From Eledone cirrhosa (lineage: Eukaryota), in contig OZ024740.1 in NCBI GenBank assembly GCA_964016885.1, positions 84,320,001-84,384,000 of the forward strand: 64,000 nt of DNA, given 5' to 3'. The notes beneath the pieces were generated by a model that was not told where the DNA came from, did not search any database, and saw only the letters and a program-made list of their open reading frames with translations. The first letter of the stretch is position 1; each line of letters starts with the position of its first letter. Shown here piece by piece: positions 1-13,982 of the stretch. Position numbers and translations under genes: made by a program.

Positions 1-166
1 CTCGTCTCAAAGAGAATCAGGATATAAATTCCTCCACAGAATGTAGTGAAATCCAGGGAAACATCAATAGAGCCTTAACTCATGATAAAATAAAGTCTAA
101 AATACTTATCCTTCAATTTGGAAAAACTTCAAATGCTCTGTATAGTCTTAAAGACTATTTCATGAA

Positions 167-591
<425 letters not shown>

Positions 592-593
<2 letters not shown>

Positions 594-850
594 AAGAATT
601 AATATATCTACTAACTTAGTAGTTCTATGCAGGGGGATGCAGAACAATTATATGAAAGACGTAAATAAGAAAGTTATGAAAATTGACTTACTTACTAAAA
701 TTTCACTCCAACTAATTAGTTTCTGATGACGTAAGGCTTCTCTACAGTATTACATAACTGTATTTATCCCCTTACAGAAACTAATTAGTTGGAGTGAAAT
801 TTTAGTAAGTAAGTCAATTTTCATAACTTTCTTATTTACGTCTTTCATAC
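592..850. mobile_element. Fold-back (inverted) PLE-type terminal-repeat remnant
   Basis: Inverted arms at ~652-725 and ~775-848, flanked by TA runs. The arms join at a CTG microhomology at the start of a hammerhead core. Confidence 0.65.
720..794 (+). ncRNA. Hammerhead ribozyme, type I, 5' arm of stem I apparently replaced by the inversion
   Basis: CTGATGA (723-729); long stem II GTAAGG...TACAGT/ACTGTA...CCTTAC; GAAA (777-780); palindromic stem III ACTAATTAGT; GUU cleavage triplet. Confidence 0.6.
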
Positions 851-888
851 ATATATATATATATACATATATATACATATATATATAC

Positions 889-939
<51 letters not shown>

Positions 940-966
940 CATATATATACATATATATATATATAC

Positions 967-1031
<65 letters not shown>

Positions 1032-1056
1032 CATATATATATACATATATATATAC

Positions 1057-1087
<31 letters not shown>

Positions 1088-1088
<1 letters not shown>

Positions 1089-1795
1089 GTAAGTATGCAT
1101 GTATGCATGAAAATTATGCATGAAAATTAACGGCTGAGCAGCCTAATTTGCATATTGAGTGAGTTAAATCGGTCAGGCATACCGAAAACGATAAATTGAA
1201 ACAAAATGAAAACGAAATTTCATTTCTCACTCTTAGTATGGCACTTACTTAAATGTAAGTATGCATGTATACGTACATACATATATGTATACAGACGTAC
1301 AGTAGCATGCACATATATATATATATACATATATACATACATATGCATACAGGTACACATACATATATGCACGTATCAGCCGTTAATTTTCATAAGGAAA
1401 GTATATACTTTCGAACGTTCAACTATCTGGCAGATGGGTAAACGGTGCTGATGATAGGTAACAAGCTTGAAACTAGTACATCGTTCCTGTGTCAGTGTTG
1501 AACAAAAAGGCGACGTGGTTGCCTTAACACCGTATGGCATAAATTCAGGCTGTTCAGTTTGTTTACAAACGAACAAAGCGACGTTATAATAAGCGCCGCT
1601 AAACTGATACGTGCATATATGTATGTGTACCTGTATGCATATGTATGTATATATGTATATATATATATATATATATGTGCATGCTACTGTACGTCTGTAT
1701 ACATATATGTATGTACGTATACATGCATACTTACATTTAAGTAAGTGCCATACTAAGAGTGAGAAATGAAATTTCGTTTTCATTTTGTTTCAATT

Positions 1796-1796
<1 letters not shown>
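1088..1796. mobile_element. Short inverted insertion (~1.4 units) of the 492-bp retrozyme family
   Basis: Same sequence as the 37.8-45.7 kb units with scattered differences. Orientation flips at a TCAG microhomology (1376-1379). Flanked by (TA)n. Confidence 0.9.
1441..1485 (+). ncRNA. Minimal type I hammerhead ribozyme with one stem II mismatch
   Basis: AACGGTG-CTGATGA-TAGGTAACAAGCTT-GAAA-CTAG-TA-CATCGTT. Confidence 0.8.
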
Positions 1797-1827
<31 letters not shown>

Positions 1828-1828
1828 C

Positions 1829-1877
<49 letters not shown>

Positions 1878-1892
1878 CATATATATATATGT

Positions 1893-2028
<136 letters not shown>

Positions 2029-2061
2029 GGAAAAAATGATATGTTAAAAATCCCTGGATAA

Positions 2062-2110
2062 TTGCTCCGAACACCCCAAACATCGGTTTGGAAGAAACAA
2101 TTGTAAGCAA
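2062..2110 (+). ncRNA. Degenerate hammerhead-like motif in a short insert between microsatellites
   Basis: TTGCT-CCGAACA-CC-CCAAAC-ATCG-GTTTGG-AA-GAAA-CAATTG-TA-AGCAA. Stems I, II and palindromic III are intact, but the 5' core deviates from CUGANGA at two positions. Confidence 0.5.
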
Positions 2111-2161
2111 ATAAATGATTTAAACAGAACTTTGTTTCATGTAATCTCTCTATATATATAC

Positions 2162-2262
<101 letters not shown>

Positions 2263-2296
2263 TATATGTACATATATATATATATATATATATACA

Positions 2297-2365
<69 letters not shown>

Positions 2366-2366
2366 G

Positions 2367-2495
<129 letters not shown>

Positions 2496-2512
2496 GTATA
2501 TATAATATATAT

Positions 2513-2932
2513 AAACGGAAAAAATGAAACGAAATTTCATTTCTCACTCTTAGTACGGCTGTTACTTAAATATAACTATGTATACGTACATAGATATATG
2601 TATACAGACGTACAGTAGTATGTATATATATATATACATACATGCATACATATATATATGTACGTGTGGATTCACCGAACATTTATTATAATGCCCGGTG
2701 TGTTTGTAAACAAACATCCCGTATTAAGCCGTAGTGTCTAGCAACCATCGTTGCTCGTTCGTTCAACACTGACAAAGGAACGCTGTACTTGTTTCCAGCT
2801 TATTAGCTATCGTCAGCAACATATACCTTCCTGCCAGATTATTGAACGTCTGAAAGTATATACTTTCCTTATGCATATTAACGGCTGAGTAGCCCAATTT
2901 GCATATCGAGTGAGTTAATCGGGCGGGTGCAC
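2513..2932 (-). mobile_element. Older diverged unit of the 492-bp retrozyme family
   Basis: Colinear with the array unit (GAAATTTCATTTCTCACTCTTAGTA ... AAGTATATACTTTCCTTATG ... AATTTGCATAT) with many substitutions. Confidence 0.8.
2780..2822 (-). ncRNA. Type I hammerhead ribozyme, diverged copy with pairing-preserving changes
   Basis: Minus strand: ATGTTG-CTGACGA-TAGCTAATAAGCTG-GAAA-CAAG-TA-CAGCGT. Confidence 0.75.
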
Positions 2933-3371
2933 ATATACATATATACATATACATATATATATATGAATCCACCGATATAGAAATGTTATTTGAATGAACG
3001 ATATGGGCATAGAGAATACATATCATGTCTACATTGCTGTAATTCTTTCATGTAGAAAAGCTGCCTATTTAATCTAAGATTATTCCTACTACTGATTTCA
3101 ATTTTCCGCTGAGACTTTGTGAGCCATTGTTTAGTAAGTTAATAACATAACTCCTGTAATTATTGACAGCAACGTGCAAGAATGGAACACATATTTCGTT
3201 TTCAAATGAAATTTCTCGACACATTTCAAATATATTCAATATAAGATGTCTGTTTACTAGGAAAACTGATGTAAAAGTAATCGAATATGTTGATGCCGTA
3301 TATTTCAGATGATAAAGCTCAGAAGTTAAATAATTAAAACATTTGTGGTCAGGGGTAAATATTGCTGTAAT

Positions 3372-3510
3372 AATTGTTTCTACTTTAGGCACAAGGCCAG
3401 CAATTACTCAGTACATTACTGGTACTTTATTTTATCGACCCCGTAAGGATGAAAGGCAAAGTTAACCTCGGCGGGATTTGAACTCAGACTGTAAAGGAAC
3501 GTAACTATTC
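3372..3510 (-). mobile_element. tRNA-derived SINE with Deu/Nin-like central domain (family A)
   Basis: Minus strand has B-box GAGTTCAAATCC followed by TTTGCCTTTCATCCTTACGGGGTCGATAAAATAAAGTACCAG. Many copies occur in the window. Confidence 0.75.
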
Positions 3511-5157
3511 TAGATATGCAACAAAAGCTATTATTTATCCTAATATAGAAGGCGAGAATGCTATAGTATATTTAATAACGCGATAGATACAATGCCTTTG
3601 TTTCTTGAAAAGGGGGCTTTCTATCCTCTTGTTTTTGATTTGCTGTTTATAAACGCATATATATAAATGCATGATTGAGTGGATAGGTAGTTTTCTGCAC
3701 AACTATGAGTCTTACAGTTAGCTCCCGCCGCGAATCAGTTTATGCAAATCTCGTTTACTTTAGACTTTGGATCCCCATCACAGAGAGCTGAAACAAATAA
3801 TACGAGGCATTTTGACTTGCGCTCTAATACGCCAATTTGCTTTCTAGTAGCAGATGCCATAATAGTACGGGTACAAAGGTGAGAGAGAGTAGACAAAAAG
3901 ACTGGGATACAGGGGTTTTGAGTGTGTTTTTTTAGCATTTCAGATGTCTAAGCTGCCAGTTTGTATAGCAGCAAAATCATTCTACATATGGTAGACGGAA
4001 TATATTTGGGTCTCAACTGGGCTCTGTAGAGTATTATTTGATGTTTGGAGATATAATGTACTATCATAAGCTTGTGCTTGGGTTCCTCAATGGTAGTCTA
4101 TCATCCTGGCAGATATAACGAAAGCGAGGAATCTAGATATACGCCTCTCGTTTTCTTCTTTACCCATTTGTAGCTCTAGTCATTAGATAGCAGCATAGTA
4201 GAGTAAATGTTTAAAGAAATTTAGTCGATCATAGCAAACACAGTACTTATTCTTCAAAACTAGAAATTGTCTTCTCGGTCTCTTTTTATCAAACCATTAG
4301 GTTAGGCCATACACAAACAGAAAACCTGAACACACATGAACACACATAAACACATGGACTTTAAGATCAAAAGGCTCTTAGTAATGAATTTGGAAAGATT
4401 AAAGTTTGCACGATGAACGAAAACATTATGTTCACATTATGTTCTTTCTTAAATGGTGGAGCCGTATTGGGGCTTGGGTGGGGGGTGAGGGATTATGTCC
4501 AAGTTTTCTAGACCATGATTTTCACATCGTGGCAGTGTAGCATGGAGTGAATCACTTTGGGTTCCTTGCCACAGTGGTGTTTTCCTCTGTATAGGACGTG
4601 CAGGAACATATCAAATATGTTGACTTCAGTAAACCTTACATGTATCTCTGATGGGTTAATGGTGAGGCTAACGTGCTACCAGGCATAGAATGCATAGCTC
4701 AAGTGAAATTGTGACCAATCAGCTGATTTAAAGTGATATATATACCTTTTGATAATCGCGCTTATCATTTCTGTTAATTTCGTCTGAAAGAAAGGACTGT
4801 TACAAAGATTGTTGCAGTCCCCAGACATCCATAGAATACGTGGAGTCTTACGAAAACATTATATTCTGTTGAATTATATTTAGATTTTCGATATAATACA
4901 TTAAAAATCTATGGGTAAAAATCAATTGATAGACGCTACTATCTTAGAGTATTATATAAGAATTATATAAGGGTTAGATATTCGATAATTATATAAGGAA
5001 ACAATGTAAAAAAATAACAAATGATAAAAATCTATAAATGTCACTTTCTTGAATAGTTTTAGAATTACTTTATGTTAGAATTCTGCAACTTAGCAGGTAT
5101 TGATTTGAAACATATATTGATTATCTCTGCAAAACTTCCAATTATAACAATACACAG

Positions 5158-5285
<128 letters not shown>

Positions 5286-6149
5286 ATACATATATATGTA
5301 TGTATGTACGTATATGTGTGTGTATATGCATATATACATAGGCGTTATTCCAATAATGACACTTGAGATGAAATCAATTCTATTTTCAGACATTCTCTTT
5401 CAATTTTGCATCAGTTGAAGGAGATGCATCAATGAAAGATGATCCTAATTATGAATGGTCTATTTCGATAATCTAATATGTTTGTTCAACACCACTTTCA
5501 AGTTTGTTCAATATATGCTGACTTAATGTTGCCTGGAACCAGTTTTCGTAGGTATTTCCTTACCGAAATAATGGCAAAATAATTAAATAATTCAAAATAT
5601 GTATATGAAAATGTTTATTAGAAGAAAGTACTGGAAAGCAAGACATCTTGAACGTTGCCGTCTGATTTGCTGGAAATAGCTGTGAAATCTCCCTCAAAGT
5701 ATAACGTAATTGCAAAATGAGGGCATATTGAATAACGTAGTTCTAGTTATTTGAAAATATCAGGTGGACACGCTTTAATCTAATTTTATCATTTGTCTAC
5801 TGTATCAAAGCTGAGCACAAGCTTAACAACTTAATCTAGTGTGCAGAAATTTGAATTCTATCTTTGATGTTGCCTTGTGTTTAGAGTCAAAACATATAAC
5901 TCACAACGACATGGTTTCTCTCCTTTCGTATCTCAAGGTAGAAGTTGTTACAGAACCACATTTAATATCTGGATTTGTAGCCATATAGTTTTAAAAGATT
6001 TGCTTCAGCAGCTCATCTCTATTGTTCTTCGGTATTCTGAATTATTCCGGCTTTTTCAAGCAACTTAACATGAATAATGAGTGATCCTATTTAATATTTA
6101 ATATTTAGATATAGTGATTAATTTTATAAATAACTGCTAAAAATATAAT

Positions 6150-6242
6150 GGGGTCGATGAAATAAAGCAGCAGTAACGTACTGAGGTCGGTTTAATCGAC
6201 TTTCCCCTCCCAAAATTGCTGGCTTTGTGCATAAATCAGAAA
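6150..6242 (+). mobile_element. SINE family A, 3' fragment
   Basis: GGGGTCGATGAAATAAAG...AATCGACTTTCCCCTCCCAAAATTGCTGGCTTTGTGC. Confidence 0.55.
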
Positions 6243-7871
6243 CCTATTTCTAGAAAATATTTTGGTAAAAGAAGATATCCATCCTGTCGAGTATGAAAAG
6301 GCTATCAAAAATCTCACAACACATGTAGCTTGTAATCAGAACCAATTGCAATGTCAGCATGGACTTAGAGAATAGGTATATCATAGTTTGAACTTAGTCG
6401 TTCCAAAGTTGATTTCCTAACTATTCATGACAATTGAATTTAGGAAATTTAGACAAAATTAGAAAATGTTATTCTATATAGACGGCAAACTACTAGAAGC
6501 AGGTTTTAAATACTAACTTTACTTCGAAAGATTGACTTAAAATAATTCTGTATAACAGACGGTTAGATTATATTTAAAGATTTATGTAAACAACATTAAG
6601 AGTTTATTGCTGTAAACACTGAACGAGAATGGATTCCTTACATTAATTTCTTTTATAGTCTTTTTTGTTCATCTCTCATTATTTTCTGAACAAAAATATG
6701 CAAAATGTTATGACGTGAATTAATATTGTTTCAGAATAGTAAAGAGCACAGTATGACTTCTCTAATTCATTCGCAATGCAATTAGACAGAATCATTCCAG
6801 AAAACCATATGTCATAAAACATCAGATAAGACATTTCCAACAGACACCAATGCAATTGTTATCCGCATTGATAGTATATTAACAGAAAACTCAGCACCAT
6901 TGTTTGAGTGACATTCCAACCTTGACTATTCGGTTTTCTTGTATATAACATTAAGAAATACTTTATACATTATACGCATCCATTTTACAGATGTGGTTGC
7001 TATTTCGAATACTTGCAGAAAGGTTCCTCTTTTATCCCTACCAAATACTATACTTATTTTCATGCAATCGCGCATCGAGATGCAAGACTCTACTACATTC
7101 ATCGCAAGTAAGATTACATCCATGTTCTAAATACGCTATTTCTTCCTTTCAGTCTGTACAAACGACTTATTAAGCAAACGACTTATTAGCTCCAACCACT
7201 GTGTTAGGGAGCACACTACTCAAATATACACAACTCACATATACACCCTAAGTGAGATTACATTAAGCAATGGTAGGCGGATAGAAATGGATGTATTCAG
7301 ACCTCACACTATACTCGATACCTTGAGCCACGAAATGTTGGATGGTATGTTAGGATTTTTATCTAGACAAAAGAATTTAACACCATACGTTTATCGCTCG
7401 GAATCAACTACATGCGCATTATAGTTCTGCTTGCTATTTCTGTTCACCAACAATATCTTCTAGAGTAAAAGCAAGGCCACCATGTGGTCAAGGCGGTGGG
7501 CTATTTATCGCATGTTCATTTACACCAAATGCAGTATTGTGATAGTATTAATCTCGTTGATAAGCTGCATTAGTTTGGTTGCTTCATTCTCCTGATTTAC
7601 AAACTAATCTTATTTTTTTTATTAAGTAAAACCAGGGAGATGAAATATCTCTAAAAGTAATTGCTTCTGTAATTTTCACATATCCAAATTTGAATGGTAA
7701 GTTAAAGTATCAATAAATATAGCGTCTGCGAAAAGAAGAAACAAGAGTACAAATATTAGTGACTGAACTCATTATTACATTTACATTTTTTATAGTATGT
7801 ATAACATGACTTAAATATGTATATATCCATATTGCCTGCGGTTACACCTAAACATCACGTTAGATATAATA

Positions 7872-7935
<64 letters not shown>

Positions 7936-8011
7936 CGAAGGAATTGTGGTAAGGAACCAGGTGGACCGTAACGCACCAAAGTACTCAATACTTAGGGTAG
8001 TAGAGTGGGTA

Positions 8012-8367
<356 letters not shown>

Positions 8368-9500
8368 CTAGCAGCAGGACCCGGCGTTGCAGTGGTAGGA
8401 ACACGCATATGCAAAGATTGAGGAATGTAGCTGTGTACGTTTTGAAATCCCTTATTCTCAGGGAATGATTGTTCATCTACTGGAAACGTAGAACACCAGC
8501 AGGCAGAATCCAGTAGTAGCAGTGTCAGTGGGCTGATTGTGGAAATCCTGTATGCGAAAGGAGTAAGTAAGTGTTGTGAGGCGATGTATGTCGTAAGTCT
8601 TTTCGCGAATTACGTCACAGATGGGGTACACACGTCAGTCTGAAGGAGCGATGTAGTCAAATGTGTGAAAACCAAGTAGGGATGTACGTTTAAGTAAGGA
8701 TATTGAGATAACGAAATCAGCGTGGCAACGCAGCTGCAGCAGAAGGGGTCATAGTGCAATTAGCACAAACGCTGGGCGGCATGGTTGCACTGCGTTTACA
8801 CAGCAACAAAAGTGCAACAAAAGGGGTCACCGCGGAATTAGCACAACCGCTGTTCGGCGTACTTGCGCATGGCGTTCATACTACGGTGTAGGTGCAACAA
8901 AAGGGGCCTTAGTAGAAGTAGCACAGGCGTGAGTTTTAAGATGTCAATAACACGGTAACGAACACAGGGCCCGGATTTGCGCGTGATAAAAGCACGAAGC
9001 GCCAACAGGGCGCCGACAAAAATTTTAAGGTCCTCCTCATTTCCTCAATCCCCCGAAAATGGCCCTGCTTAAAAGTAAGTAAGTGTTGTGTCTTCTCTTA
9101 AATAATCCAAATTTTTAACGAAATATTATACGTTACTTACGATGTTTAAGTAGCGTTTATATTGAAAATGAAAATGGCATGTAATGACCAATGCTAATTC
9201 GTAAATTTCCTAGAAACCATTAATGGAATCGGAAATTCTTTTTGTCTACAGCAATACGAGGGGACTAACTAATGTGTGCTCCAAATTTCGAGGAAATCGG
9301 CTGGATTATCTTTAAGTTACGCCTCAAAAAACCTAAAAATGCTGTTTTTCGCCTATGGCAGAAAAAGTTTTTAAATGTTTAGCCCATTGCATTTCAAGAA
9401 ATATAATTAACGCACGCGTAAAGTTTGAAAAAGAATCGTTGGGGTACTTCTCGAGTTTTAGGGATTTATACAGACAGACATCCTTTGTTTTATATATAGA
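8368..9500 (-). mobile_element. Non-autonomous Helitron
   Basis: Minus strand starts TCTATATATAAAAC...GTCTGTCTGT and ends GCAACGCCGGGTCCTGCTGCTAG|T. This is the 5'-TC...CTAG-3' pattern with a GC-rich subterminal segment. Confidence 0.65.
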
Positions 9501-10609
9501 CTAGCAGAAAACCACCTGGTGGGCGGTTTTCTGCTACCAAATCTAGTGTATATACTGATATTGTTGAGATTTGGATGAGAAATGTTTTCGGCACCACATG
9601 TTCACCGTCTCTCGGTGTGTCTTTTATGCATGTATAAATATATATGTTATCTATACGGTGAAATCTTTGAAATAAATATATGTTAAAACGAAAAAGGAGA
9701 AAATAAATAACTGGCGGTTAGAAAAAAATATTCCTATGAAATTTTAATCATACCATTAGGTGTGAATAAGGAAATATTTTTTTATTGTCAAAACAAATGT
9801 TCAAAAGTTAAACTTCAATTTTTTGAATAATTTCCAATTTTTTCATGAAATTGAACACTGGACATTGGCTGCTGGAAATGGAAATTAAATCGTATTTAAT
9901 TGTATTTAAATTTCTAACCTTATTTTATTATTTATATTTTTTCAATAAGAAATGAAAAAAAACAACAACAAAAATTGAAGAAAAAAATTGAACAAATCAA
10001 ACGTAGGTTATGGAACTGCGCAAAGTGATAAATAAATTACCTCATCAGCAGCAACCTTCTTCAAATGGTCCTTATTATCAACAGCAACAACCACAAATTC
10101 AATGGCAACCTTCTTCAAACCACAAATTCAATGGCAACCTTCTTCAAATCACAAATTCAATGGCAACCTTCTTCAAATGGTCCTTATTATCAGCAGCGAC
10201 AACCACAAATTCAATGGCAACCTTCTTCAAACCACAAATTCAATGGAAACCTTCTTCGCATGGTGTCAAGTCAGAACCGCCTCGAACTGGTTACTTCTGG
10301 CTTGTGCAAGGTGTCTCTATAGCAACCAGCGATTCCCTCGGCCTCAGTGACCAAAGTCAGTGGAGAGGGGAAGGTAATGTTTCTATAGCGACAGTGTTTC
10401 TCTTGGTAGTACCAAAGTGGAGAAAGGAAGGGGAAGGTAATATTTCTGTAGCACGTGTTTTAGCGTCTATTCACTCTCTCTCCCTCTCTCCCTCCCGCTA
10501 TCCCCCTCTTGTAGTCTGTCTCTTTTTTTCACTCTCACTCTCTCTACGCACGTGTTTCCACTGTCGGACAGACAGACAGAGAAATTGCTGGTCATATATT
10601 ATAAGGAGA
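9501..10609 (-). mobile_element. Non-autonomous Helitron, head-to-tail with the preceding one
   Basis: Minus strand: A|TCTCCTTATAATATATG...CTGTCTGTCTGTCC..., terminal hairpin TAGCAGAAAACC/GGTTTTCTGCTA and CTAG end abutting the TC of the neighbour. Confidence 0.6.
10050..10258. repeat. Minisatellite (~29-bp unit CACAAATTCAATGGCAACCTTCTTCAAAC) inside the Helitron
   Basis: Several imperfect tandem copies. They explain the repetitive 210-aa ORF. Confidence 0.85.
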
Positions 10610-10612
10610 TTA

Positions 10613-10801
10613 TGTAGTAGCATGTGCTTACGTCGTATTTGACTACATAGAATTAGTCTGTTAGTTGGGATTTTAAAAAACCCTCTTAACGGAAAAAAGG
10701 ATGAGTATTGATGTACATGGGACACGAACCCACCTTTGGTTTGCCGTACCAACACGCCACCCATGCTTCCTTCCATTCATTTAAAAGCTATATAACCATA
10801 G

Positions 10802-10870
<69 letters not shown>

Positions 10871-11050
10871 GGAGATACAAAGCAAGCTTTGTTTATAAAC
10901 GGCTAGCGAATTTGAAAATTAGATAGTAACATATGCTTACGGCGTATTTGACTACATAGAATTACGATGTTAGTTGGGATTTAAAAAAAGAACTGAATGG
11001 GAAAAGGGATGAGTATTGACGTACATGGGACACGAAACTACATCTTTGGT
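10613..11050. repeat. Two partial copies of an unclassified ~250-bp TA-associated interspersed repeat
   Basis: TGCTTACG(T/G)CGTATTTGACTACATAGAATTA...GTACATGGGACACGAA is duplicated. Reverse-complement copies lie at 37278-37530 and 37017-37082. Confidence 0.75.
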
Positions 11051-11286
11051 TCATGTTATTTGGTATAAAACCGCTGTGAGACTAACTCCATGATCAGTAT
11101 TTTGATAATTCACCTAGTGACTGCATTCTTTTGTGTATTTAAAATCGAATTTCACAATAGCTACTCACCTATTGTTGATAGCGATTCCAAGATATAATTA
11201 ATTGCTTATTAGGCGATGAAACATGGGTTAATGCTTCGAATAAACCCTATTATATCGCTTATCCGCGTTAATCATCCTGATATATA

Positions 11287-11327
<41 letters not shown>

Positions 11328-11417
11328 GATACTATTTATAGTTATGTATATACTATACTATAAACAGGAAAGGTCAGTAATTTATTACTACCTTATTAAC
11401 AGTAAGAGAAATAGCTC

Positions 11418-11471
<54 letters not shown>

Positions 11472-11474
<3 letters not shown>

Positions 11475-11890
11475 TAAAAGGAAAAGAAAATGCTGAAAAA
11501 TTTTTCCCAGTGAAAAATAGTTTAATTAGGAATAAGTATGAATTAGTAATAAGTATTGGTTAGTATTCAGTTTTAGTGGTTTTAAGTTTTTACCGGTTGC
11601 GCATTTCTAATGCTTTTCAAAAATAATTTTGAGATAGAGCGTTCGTGATATTTGCTCAAATCAGATTAGACCAAACATCATGAACGCTCTATCTCAATAT
11701 TATTTTTGAAAAGCATTAGAAATGTGCAACCGGTAAAAGCTTTAAACTAAAACTGAATACTAACCAATACTTATTACTAATTCATACTTATTCCTAATTA
11801 AACTATTTTTCACTGGGAAAAATTTGTCAGCATTTTCTTTTCCTTTTTCTAGTATATCACAACTCGTGTGTAACACCTCTATTTTTTTAA
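11472..11890. mobile_element. ~380-bp palindromic fold-back element with hammerhead-like motifs in both arms
   Basis: Arms 11472-11662 and 11664-11852 with apex ATC-A-GAT. Motif TTGAAAA-GCAT-TAGAA-ATG(T/C)-GCAA-CCGG-TA-AAA. Unpaired tail ACTCGTGTGTAACACCT. Confidence 0.75.
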
Positions 11891-11955
11891 ATATATATAT
11901 ATACATATATATATTAATCTTATATATATATTAATCTATTTTCTTTCTCATTCTT

Positions 11956-11991
11956 TTTTCTGATGAAGGACTAGCATCCGAAACGTTAAGA
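11956..11991 (+). ncRNA. Minimal PLE-type hammerhead ribozyme
   Basis: TTTT-CTGATGA-A-GGA-CTAGCA-TCC-GAAA-CG-TT-AAGA. Stem III is the palindrome AACGTT and stem I is weak. Confidence 0.6.
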
Positions 11992-12198
11992 CCCTCTTCC
12001 TACTATATCAAGCGTTAACCTAATATATACCTTCCATATATACTGTACCGATTGTGTTGTTATTTCTGTTTACCTTTTACATACATATATATATATATAT
12101 ATTATACTTTGGGAGGGTCATGTTGCCAATAAGAAACACACGCACCAGACGCTTTCATTTCAATTTATTATAAATTTCCGATTGGTTGGTCACTGGAA

Positions 12199-13785
12199 AT
12201 GATCAGTGAGAGCAATGTTGAATTCCGTGGGATTGATACCAGTGAACTGGGACTCCTACTTAAACTCACATATAATAATTATTACCTAGATACGTATGAC
12301 CTTATCAACCTCTGCCCTACAAGGCCAGCAAGAGGCAGACCACCTACCATTACCTCAATGGCCAAGAAAACCCACACAGAAAGATGGAACAGGTGGACCA
12401 GAGCCATATGGACCCCCGAAAACCATGATGAACTAAAGAAAATGATTGCACATGCGGTGGGGGCCAGTATAAAACTAACCCTTAAGGAACATATGTTCAA
12501 ATTTAATGGAAAAACATATGCCCAAGAGGAGGGAGCAACCATTGGCGTTAGTATTGCAGGTGACATAGCTAACCTATTTATGGTATGGTGGGACAAAAAA
12601 CTTAAATAACAATTAGAAAACAACAATCTCTTAACCGTGATTATGTACTCCCGCTACGTTGATGATATAAACATCGTAGTAAAAATACCCCCACTAGAGA
12701 ACAGTCAGGAATTAGAGAAAAACACCATGGAAAGCATCCAGCAAATAGCTAACTCCATCCACCAGTGTATCAAAGTTACTATAGACTACCGAAGCAAACA
12801 CCCCAACCATCGATTACCTGTACTAGACATAGAGCTCTGGTTAGAAACCATTAATAACAAAAAACAAATCCTCCATTCCCATTATGCCAAACCTATGACT
12901 TCCAAATACCTGATCCACCGAATCTCAGCTGTTTCGGATCACACCAAAATCAACATACTGATTGCGGATTTAGTAAGGGTCATGAGGAACGTGTCCCGCA
13001 TGTGCAATCCTAAATAACTAGAGAGACACATACAACACTTCATCCACCGTATGCAGTTCTCTTGTTACAATCAGAGAGATAAAATCAAAGAATATAGGGG
13101 AGCCAGAAACAAATGGGAAAAAAAATGGTAAATAATGATACAAACGGGACCTGCCCCTTCTATAGGAGCAACATTTGGAATAGAGTAGAAAGAACTAGGA
13201 ATAAGGTTAATAAAATATACACATGATATGATAGCACTAAATACCAGTGTGTATGTTCATCAATACAACCCCTAGAGGTGAACTAGCTTACAAATTTAGA
13301 AGGGCCCTAGATAAACTTAAACTAAATATTGAGATAGTGGAAAGACTAAGTACCTCCATAAAAACACTTATTAATAATACATACCCTTTTCAAAGACCTC
13401 CCTGTATAGATAAGAAATGCATAATCTGTAAGCTAAACCCCCATATTAACTGTAAAACTAGAAACATAATATATAGCATAAGATGTACTGAGGGACAATG
13501 TAAAGATAAGAATTTAATGTAGATAGGTGAGACAGCTCGTAGAATATGAGAACGATTAAATGAACACTGGCGAGAACTCCAAGATAGAAAAGACTCATCA
13601 GTACTCCACCAATATGCTAAAATAGAACATAAGGGTAAATTAGAGAACATAAAAATAAAAATAAAATCTACACACAGAAAAGACGCAATGTTTAGACAAA
13701 TCACAGAGGCAATAAACATAAATGAACTCCAACCAAAATTAAATAGAAAACATGAATGGAATAGCAACATCACAACTTACAATTA
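12199..13785 (+). pseudogene. Disrupted PLE reverse transcriptase + GIY-YIG endonuclease ORF
   Basis: ORF pieces 12199-12609, 12637-13017 and 13247-13522 plus downstream read-through, with multiple stops and a frameshift. Confidence 0.85.
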
Positions 13786-13982
13786 AGGACAAAATGAAAA
13801 CACACACACATAGAACAAACAACTAACTAGTAACATATAAATAAACAAATAAATAAACAAATAAAAACACACACCGACACCCGGATGTAACGCATGCGCA
13901 AAGTAAGCACACAACACACACAAAAACAAGATGGCGTAGGATAGAACAAAGGAGAAGCACAATACAAAGAAAATAATCTCCA

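Noticed and set aside
10010-10642. 210-aa Gln-rich ORF
   Set aside because: It is produced by the minisatellite inside a Helitron.
12199-13785. Selenocysteine (TGA) recoding as reported for some Naiad PLEs
   Set aside because: The stops include TAA and TAG, and the TGA codons I read are not at conserved Cys positions. This is ordinary decay.
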